Virus record (IMG/VR): IMGVR_UViG_3300044638_006750
Span: 62,001-126,000 of that record
Length of the DNA stretch: 64,000 bases
Reading direction: 5' to 3' (one strand)
The notes beneath the pieces were generated by a model. It ran no database searches, had not been told where the DNA came from, and worked only from the letters and a program-made list of their open reading frames with translations. This document shows, piece after piece, positions 1 to 8,000 of this stretch; the stretch's first letter is position 1; every line of letters starts with the position of its first letter. The translations under genes were made by a program, and so were the position numbers.

Positions 1-2
1 AA

Positions 3-713
3 CAATTAAAGCAATTATATAATCAGTTAGATAAAATACTCAGTCAAAAACAAGAATTATATCAGCATACTTTAGAAGGCTATGCTAATAGTATTCGTAA
101 TGAATATATTTTATGTAATTGTTTACTAGATGAAAAAAATAATAAAGTATTGTCTTTTAATAGCAATTCTTCATATATTCTTTTTAATGGACTTGTTGCC
201 GCCAGCAACGAGAAAATGATTACCGTTTCTCAACTTAGAGAGTTGGCAAGAGACAATCTATGGAAGTCCATATGGAACTGTAATAAAAGTAATCCATTTG
301 GAGAAAAAGGAGCAATATATCTTTCGGACGATCAACGAGGTCTGATTAATTTTTCAATTATGTATGATTCGGTGTATGATCATACGGAATGCCCGGAAGA
401 TTTTGTTATAGACGATGATGACATGTTGGACGGATGGATTTTGTATCAGAAAGAAAAAGTTAAGAGAGACAAAACAAGGGATGCTTTAAGCAAGACACAT
501 AAGAATGCTCAGGAAGTTTTTATAATGGCTCAAAATCAAGAAGATCTAGAGAGAATATCTGATCTTAACGATGACATCTCTAAGGGGATTATTAAGTCTA
601 GAATTAATGCCACCAAACAGAATGGAATAATTGATGAATTGGACCTACCAGATGTTAGGTCGGATATTGATCAACAGCTTGCTAGTAAAGCAGGAAATTA
701 TAATAGGAAATAA
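3..713 (+). CDS. Hypothetical phage protein, 5' partial (tail-assembly region)
   Basis: Frame 3 is open from the window start (QLKQLYNQLDKILSQKQELYQHTLEGYANSIRNEYILCNCLLDEKNNKVLSF...), so the TTG at 150 is not the true start. Contains the acidic motif YDHTECPEDFVIDDDDMLDGW. TAA at 711-713. Confidence 0.8.
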   Translation, partial: QLKQLYNQLDKILSQKQELYQHTLEGYANSIRNEYILCNCLLDEKNNKVLSFNSNSSYILFNGLVAASNEKMITVSQLRELARDNLWKSIWNCNKSNPFGEKGAIYLSDDQRGLINFSIMYDSVYDHTECPEDFVIDDDDMLDGWILYQKEKVKRDKTRDALSKTHKNAQEVFIMAQNQEDLERISDLNDDISKGIIKSRINATKQNGIIDELDLPDVRSDIDQQLASKAGNYNRK

Positions 714-715
714 TT

Positions 716-1045
716 ATGAAACATAATAAAAAAGATGAAGATTTAGATGATCTAATTTATAGTATCACTAAAAAATTTCAGACAACCATGATTGGAGCAT
801 TAGCTAAGTTTGAAGAATCTTTTGGATACTTATGGGATAACGATACCGAAAATGGTAAAGCATACTATAAGTTATGGCAACAAACACGAAACAATATACT
901 TAATAATGGAAATAATCAATTGAGATCGGCACTAGACGAATTGGAAGACTATGCCTATAATAAAGAAAAGGGCTATAAGTACCATTATAAATTCTATTTC
1001 AATAACAACAGACCAGAGGATAAAGGAGACCAATATGACAGGTAG
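716..1045 (+). CDS. Hypothetical protein (109 aa)
   Basis: ATG lies 2 nt after the previous stop. Helical, charged sequence. Overlaps the next gene by 11 nt. Confidence 0.8.
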   Translation: MKHNKKDEDLDDLIYSITKKFQTTMIGALAKFEESFGYLWDNDTENGKAYYKLWQQTRNNILNNGNNQLRSALDELEDYAYNKEKGYKYHYKFYFNNNRPEDKGDQYDR

Positions 1046-1928
1046 AACTTTTAAGGCCACAATCGACTCTAAGGAAACAGAAATTTTTGTAAGAAGTCCG
1101 AGTCTCCAGGACCAGAGAGAAGCTCAGAAACTATATAATCAGGCTTTTACAGATGCCATTAAGTCAAAAGCTGTTGTTAGAGCAAAGATGGATGATGTAT
1201 TAACAGAACAGGGTTTATGGAATAATGAGAAGCAGGCCAGACTGTCGGAACTACAACAAACCCTACTGGAGTCTGAAAGAAGACTTGCTCAGGGTGGTAT
1301 TAGTCTTAAAGAGGCCAAAAGTATCGCTATGAACATGAAAGGTGTTCGTGATGATATCAGAGAACTAATTAGCGCCAGATCATCTCTGGATAATCATAGT
1401 GCAGAAGGTCAAGCTGATAATACTAGGTTTAATTATCTAGTATCAGCATGTGTGGTGTATAATGATACTAAAGAGCCGGTTTTTAAGAATATGGAAGATT
1501 ACCTAAATAGAGCTACTGAACAAGTAGCAGTACTTGGTGCTCAAAATTTGGCTAATATGCTATATGGTTTGGATAGTGACTATGAAAATAATTTACCAGA
1601 AAACAAATTTTTAAAGAAGTATAAGTTTGTTGATGATAAATTACGACTAATAGACAAACAAGGCAGACTCATAGACGAAGAGGGAAGACTAATAGATGAA
1701 AGCGGAAGATTTATCAATGACAAAGGAGAATTTGTTGATAAATTCGGAAATAGAGTTGATTTTGACGGCAACTATGTGGTTGAATTTAAGCCATTCCTAG
1801 ACGATGACGGAAACCCAATCGTAGAAGAGACTAACAATGCAGCAGTTTCACAACAACCACCAGAAGTCAAGTTATCAGCTCCTCCAGAAAATCTCAAGAC
1901 TGAAGAATCAGCTGGTACTCCAGCTTAG
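1035..1928 (+). CDS. Probable tail assembly chaperone-like protein (297 aa) with heptad D-x-x-G repeats
   Basis: SD AGGAG at 1024-1028 precedes ATG 1035, which is a better start than 951. Lies directly upstream of the TMP and has a coiled-coil N-terminal half. Function is inferred from position only. Confidence 0.6.
   Translation: MTGRTFKATIDSKETEIFVRSPSLQDQREAQKLYNQAFTDAIKSKAVVRAKMDDVLTEQGLWNNEKQARLSELQQTLLESERRLAQGGISLKEAKSIAMNMKGVRDDIRELISARSSLDNHSAEGQADNTRFNYLVSACVVYNDTKEPVFKNMEDYLNRATEQVAVLGAQNLANMLYGLDSDYENNLPENKFLKKYKFVDDKLRLIDKQGRLIDEEGRLIDESGRFINDKGEFVDKFGNRVDFDGNYVVEFKPFLDDDGNPIVEETNNAAVSQQPPEVKLSAPPENLKTEESAGTPA
1632..1778 (+). repeat. Seven tandem 7-aa repeats (DDKLRLI DKQGRLI DEEGRLI DESGRFI NDKGEFV DKFGNRV DFDGNYV)
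   Basis: Read directly from the translation, 21-nt period. An eighth-like unit, DDDGNPI, follows at about 1800. Confidence 0.85.
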
Positions 1929-1963
1929 TTTTTGCTTGTATTGTTTTCTTATTACCGTAAATG

Positions 1964-1996
1964 AACCGGCTCGATTATTATCTGGGCCGGTTTTTT
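1964..1996 (+). terminator. Rho-independent terminator upstream of the TMP gene
   Basis: AACCGGCTC ... GGGCCGGTT stem (9 bp with one G-U pair, extendable by GAT/ATC past a bulge), followed by a T-run (TTTTTTATTT). Confidence 0.75.
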
Positions 1997-2019
1997 ATTT
2001 ATAAAGAGGATTACACAGT

Positions 2020-5000
2020 ATGGCTGGATTTAATTTAACCGCTCAGTTAAATATAGTTGGACCCAATAATCTTAAACCAGTCATATCTAATCTGCGTAAA
2101 CAGCTGAGTAGTGCTGGTGGTAGCATTACTCTAAATATTAATCCTAATATATCTACTTCTGTTAATAATTTAAATAAGTCATTACAGTCTTTGGATAGTA
2201 CATTAAAAAGCATCAATGCTTCTGCCTCTTCTGTCGCAGCATCTTTGAGACAAATAGGATCAGCAGCAGGTACGGTTAATATAAAATCTGTCCCTAAGGA
2301 TATCGCAGCAGTAACACAACAATCTCAAAAGCTACAACAGCAACAGTCACAAACAGCTGTCGCAACAAAAGCATCAACAGATTCTATGGTAGAATTTGGA
2401 AAGCAGTCTGCTTTAGCTATTCGCAGATTTGCTGCTTTTACATTAGTTACTGGGATTATTTATAAGGTTACAAGCGCGTTTGGAAATGCTTCCGCAGAAT
2501 TTATTAAATTCAATCAACAGATGGTACAACTATCTCAGGTTACTGGATCATCCCTACAAAATTTGGCTGGGCTAGAAAGAACCATTACGTCTTTATCAAC
2601 CAGTCTAGGTGTTTCTTCTAGTTCTTTGATAGATGTATCGAGTACCCTAGCGCAAGCAGGCTTATCTGCGCAAGAAACCGAAGAAGCATTATCTGCTCTT
2701 GCCAAGACCACCCTAGCTCCTTCGTTCGGGAATTTAAACAATACCGTAGAAGGTAGTATTGCTCTTATGCGACAGTTTGCGATTTCTACAGGACAACTCG
2801 AATCTGCACTAGGTTCGATAAACACAGTAGCTGCTAAATTTGCAGTAGAAGCAGATGATATTATTACGGCAATTCAGCGTACCGGTGGTGTGTTCGCCGC
2901 GTCTAGTAAAGGAGTAGCAGAAGGCACTGAGGCTCTGAATCAATTTATAGCAATTTTTACTAGTGTTAGAGCAACTACTCGTGAAAGCGCCGAAACGATT
3001 GCTACTGGCTTGAGAACAATTTTTACCAGAATACAAAGAAGAGATACAATAGAGCTATTAAAACAGTATGGTATACAATTAACAGATTTAGAAGGTAAAT
3101 TTGTTGGTCCTTATGAAGCTGTAAAAAGATTGAGTCAGGGTTTGGCTGGTTTAGATACAAGAGATGTCAGATTTTCCTCTATCATAGAAGAGCTTGGTGG
3201 GTTTCGTCAAGTAGGTAAAGTTATTCCATTATTACAACAATTTACTGTTGCTGAAAGAGCCCTAATGGTTGCTCAGAGAGGACAAGGGTCTCTGACCTCC
3301 GATGCTGCAAAAGCACAGCAAGCTTTAGCTATACAGATGGCAAAGGTACAAGAAGAATTTGTTGCGATGGTTCGTAAAATTGGTAGTTCTAATGAATTTC
3401 AGACAATGGTAAAGATGGCTTTAAATTTAGCTAGTGCCTTTATTCAGGTGGCTGATTCAGCTAAATATGCTTTACCAGCAATTACCGCTTTATTAGCTGT
3501 TAAGGGTACTATTGGAGCATTTAGGTTTGCCTCTGGTTTTGCAAGTGGCATGAGAAGAGGTGGAGGTGCTGCTGGATTAGGAGAAAGATTAAGCGGTGCT
3601 CCAAGAGGTTATGCTCAAGGTGGACAAATACCAGTTGCATTAGAACCAGGAGAGATGGTTTTCGTTGGAGAGTCTGCTCGTAGAGCAGGATATGGTAATC
3701 TAAGAAGATTGAACAGAGCCGGTGATCGTCCTAATCCAAGAGTAGCTTTAAATCGTGCCTCCGGAGGAGGCATATTTATGGTTCCTGGTTCTGGAAGAGG
3801 AGACACATTTAAGACTAATCTACCAGAAGGTTCTTTTGTTATAAAAAGAAAATCGGTTAGAGCAGTTGGTGCAGATAATATTGCTCAGATGGCTGCTACC
3901 GGTGGACAAATTAGACAAAATTTTGCCAGAGGAAGTTCCGGAGGACTATCGGCTGCTCCTAGGTTAGCTAGTGCCGGCAAAACTGTGAGAGCACATGTAT
4001 CTACTCCTACATCTATGACCGAAGAGATGAGGCAACAAATTCTAGACTATTATACTAAATCTGGTAAAAAAATTCCTAAAAAATTCCAACCGTCATTACT
4101 TGGTTCGTCATCAGCAGAACTTATAGAAAATCTTACAATAGGGTTACCCTATAGATATAATGAAGCCCTTAAGAGAGGATCTAATTCTGTTATTCCTCTA
4201 AGAGATTTCATCAAAAGTTTCGACAGGCCAGACTTTTTGAGGTCGTTAGGCACAAGTGGCAGGCAAAAAAAACAGTCACTACCACAATTATCGAAAACCG
4301 ATGAAGCAGAATTAATTAGATTACTCAAAAAAGAAACGATAAGAAACTCCACAAGACTCACCAAAGATATTCCAGGTCTTGCAAAAGGCTCTAGGATTAT
4401 ATCCAGTGATACTCAATTACAAAGTTTATCTGGTATAATTAAAGAATTCTATAAGAAAAAACAGACAGCACTAGTAAGACCAGTCGAAATGATGAGCTTC
4501 TATAGTCATCAGGGCAGAACACAACACAGAGACTTTTTACCAACATCATTATCTGAGGTTTTATCTCAAGGATTGTCTAAAAGATATATGGGTGGCTTAA
4601 TTCAGAGGTTAAGCGGAGGTTCAGACAAACCTCTTCAGGGTATGGGGAGGTCACAATTATTGACTGAGGCTAGAAGACTAGGAGTGAATTATGGAAATAT
4701 TGTCTCTTGGTCAGAGTTAGGGAAAAAAGGAGACATAGGAGCACAAGCTCGTTCTAGACTTATTGCAAAACTAGAAGAAGCTAGAATGCTTAGAAAAACT
4801 TCTCAAGCAGCAACATCTGCAAGAGCAAAAAGAACCAATGTTGCAGTTATAGGCGCTATGGCACCTCCCGGAGTTAGAGGTAGTAGCAGTGAAGTTATTA
4901 TTCCTGGTGCGAGAGATAGAAAAACAGGAAAAAGAACACAAGACACTCCAGCTACTCTTCATATAGGTGCTTTAGAGGGTAAAACAGCAGCTAGAGTTAC

Positions 5001-8000
5001 TGCTGTTATTAGAAATCAGACAGCCAGAATAACTCAAAAGGTTATGAAAATTATAGCTCAAGAAGCAAAAATGATTTTGCCAAACGATAATATGGCAAAG
5101 CTTAAAAGAAAACCTATGCATTCTGGTATTGCAGGAGGTTTATTAGAACAAGCTATTTTAGGTTTGATGGGTATAGACAAACCTATGGGCTCTATAGATT
5201 TAGGAGCATCTGGTCTCTCGCCAGAACTAGCCAATGTTTTTGGTATACCGTCTGCATCGGGCGTGCCAACAGATATTACATATGGAGGAGAAAAGGGGAG
5301 AACACTAGAAGAAGCAGCTAAGAGAAAAGCAGTAGGTAAGAGTAGAAACGCCAAAGGACAGAGAACATCTAGTCAGATAGGTAGGGGTTTAGCTGCTATT
5401 AGGGCTTCAAAAGCCATCGGAGGGATTGTACAAAGATTGGCAAATGGAGGAATCACCAGATCTGGTAAATTATCTAGGTCAACTTTCAAACTAATTCCTA
5501 ATGAGAAAGGTATTGGGCCAAGCCCGTTTGCATCAGGGCCAGTAGCCCAACCATTAGACTATAATGCATTAGAGAGATCTGGATTATCAATGGGCTTATC
5601 TCGTCCAATGATAACAAAAGCTATACAAGATGCTAAAATGCTTGGTATTAGTCCAGAAGAAAATATTAGAAAAATAGCATCTGAGGCCCAGTCTAAAAGA
5701 AGACCTGGTTTTACACACAGTACTGATTCTAGATCTATTTTATCTATGCTAAGAAAATCTGGTGGTCCAGTTAATTATGAAGGACCAGCCATGTTTTTTG
5801 CCAAGGGAGGCTCTGTAAAACCTGCTGTTCGCAATGTAGGTTGGATTGACAGTGATTTTCTGAGAAATAGTCCAAAAGCTAAGGCCGAGATGGATAAGCT
5901 CGGTATGAATGTAGATGAATATAAAAGATTTTTAACAGAAGAATCAATTAAAGCTAGAAAATCTGGATCAGTATCGAGATTAACAACGGTGGTCGGTTCT
6001 CCCGGTAGTGGCAAAAGTTCTTTTGCTGAGGGTAATCAAAGAACATCGGTAGCCGATAATGCTAGACTTAGAAAGACACATAGGTTTCCTATAGAAACAC
6101 CAGAAGATGTAGCCAAAGCGAACTCGATAATAGACACAGCGGCCTCTGTTTCTCCAGATAGATTGGTCGATTTGAATCAGTCAGACAGGATCGTTGCATT
6201 ATCTAGTAGCACAAAAGAAGAACAGAAAATATTAAGAAGGCAGTTAAGACATAGAACAGCTACAGGAGATAAACAATACGGTAGAACTCATACTATTACA
6301 GCTCAAGATAGTGGTGAAACTGAAGCGATGCTTCAAATGGGCTTAAGAGACAAAAAGAAATTAGTTACTCTGGGCCTTTTACCCAATTTCAAGAAAAGAA
6401 TTAAAAGACAGAACGAACTACCACTAGTACGAGAAGAACAGGTTAGTCTTGGATTTGGTAGTTTTTCTCCACCCACCAAAGCAGGCCATGATCAGGGCTT
6501 GATGTCCAATGCACAATATAAAAAGCTTGTTCTTGTTGGTCCGAATGAACCTGTTGGGGCCGACCCTCATTCCGCTCGTACAGCACTATTACCACAAGAT
6601 GTTAGACATAGATTGGCTACGAAGGCGTTTCCAGATGCATATGTGAGCAAGAAAACCTCAGGATTTGCTATACCACATGTTTTTGATGTTGGTACTGATC
6701 CAGAAACTGGCAGAAGACTATTTATTCGTAGAGCAAAGGGTAGTGAGGCTTTAGTAGCTGGAAAAGATGAGAAGTCACTCAAAAAATATGAAGAAGCTGG
6801 CTTTGGGGTTAGAGAAGTACCCAGAGACCCAAATGGAGAAAGCGGTACCGCAGCTAGAGAAAGAATATTACGAGGAGATTTTACTGGTTTCCATCCAGAA
6901 GTAGAAAAAGATTTAAGATCTAAAGCCACACAACTCTCTAATAGACAAGAAATATTGCCAAGAATTATTGAGAAAACACAAGAGAGAACTACTAAACAAG
7001 TATCCGAGATTGATAAATCTCTAAGTTCATATCCTTCAAGAATAACAGAGAAGATCAGACAAGAACAACCGGATATGGTTGCGGCTGTAGAATCTTTAAG
7101 AGCTAAAAAAACATCTATTAAAAGTAAAGCTGGTTCTAGACCTCATACAGTTTTAGCTAGACTAGCTAGAAGATATCCAGAAAGATATGGATTGGCACAA
7201 GGAGGTATGCCCCCGAAACCCCAAAAACAATTTGGTAAAATAGGACTAAGATCATCTGGTAAAGAAATAACAGCTTTTTATTTTAAAAATAATGTCAGAG
7301 AAGGATTTGTCACAGCTCATGAGATAGAAAAAGGTATTTGGAATATAGGATTGAGCAAAGCTACTAAAGGTTATGGTCCGAGACTTTACGATGCGGTTAT
7401 GGAAGCTGTAACAGCCAGAGGAGGGGTGTTAACCGCTCATAGAGGGAAGGTGAGTGGTCACGCTAAGAAAGTTTGGGATGTATATGCAAATGAAAGATCC
7501 AAGCCAGATAATAAATATGGTTCTCAGGTATCAAAAATTTCACTAGATTCCAAACACCATACATTAAGTCAAGACCCAAATGATTCTCTTAATTATGGAT
7601 ATCAACAACAGCCAAATATTATCAAGGGTCCAGATATTGTTGATATGAATGACCAAAAATATGATCGTTTTTTACAACAAATGCAGTTTGAGTTTTTAAG
7701 AGCTAATGGAGGAGGTGTCCAACGATCAGTTAGGGGTAATGTAAGACCAATTAAAAAACACTCAATGATTAAACCACAATTACAAAACAATGAACTATCT
7801 ACACTACAATCTCAAATTAATGATCTAGAGTCTAGAAGACAAGCTTTAGCTACTCATACAAAAACTGGATTTTTTGGAGGTAAAAGCAATCCATATCAAA
7901 GAGAAATATATGATTTAGAAGATGAAATAGCAAGATTATCACAAAGACGCTATCTATTATCTCAGAAGAGTGCTCCAACACCCACAGTACTAGCACAGCC

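Noticed and set aside
150-152. TTG start for the first ORF
   Set aside because: The frame is open back to the window edge, so the gene is 5' truncated.
951-1034. Upstream start at 951 for the chaperone-position gene
   Set aside because: It overlaps gene 716..1045 by 95 nt without an SD, whereas ATG 1035 has a strong AGGAG.
1610-1616. In-frame slippery heptamer T TTA AAG as a G/GT-type chaperone frameshift
   Set aside because: The -1 frame stops at 1622-1624, so no extended GT-like product would result, and I saw no stimulatory structure. The motif is common in AT-rich DNA.
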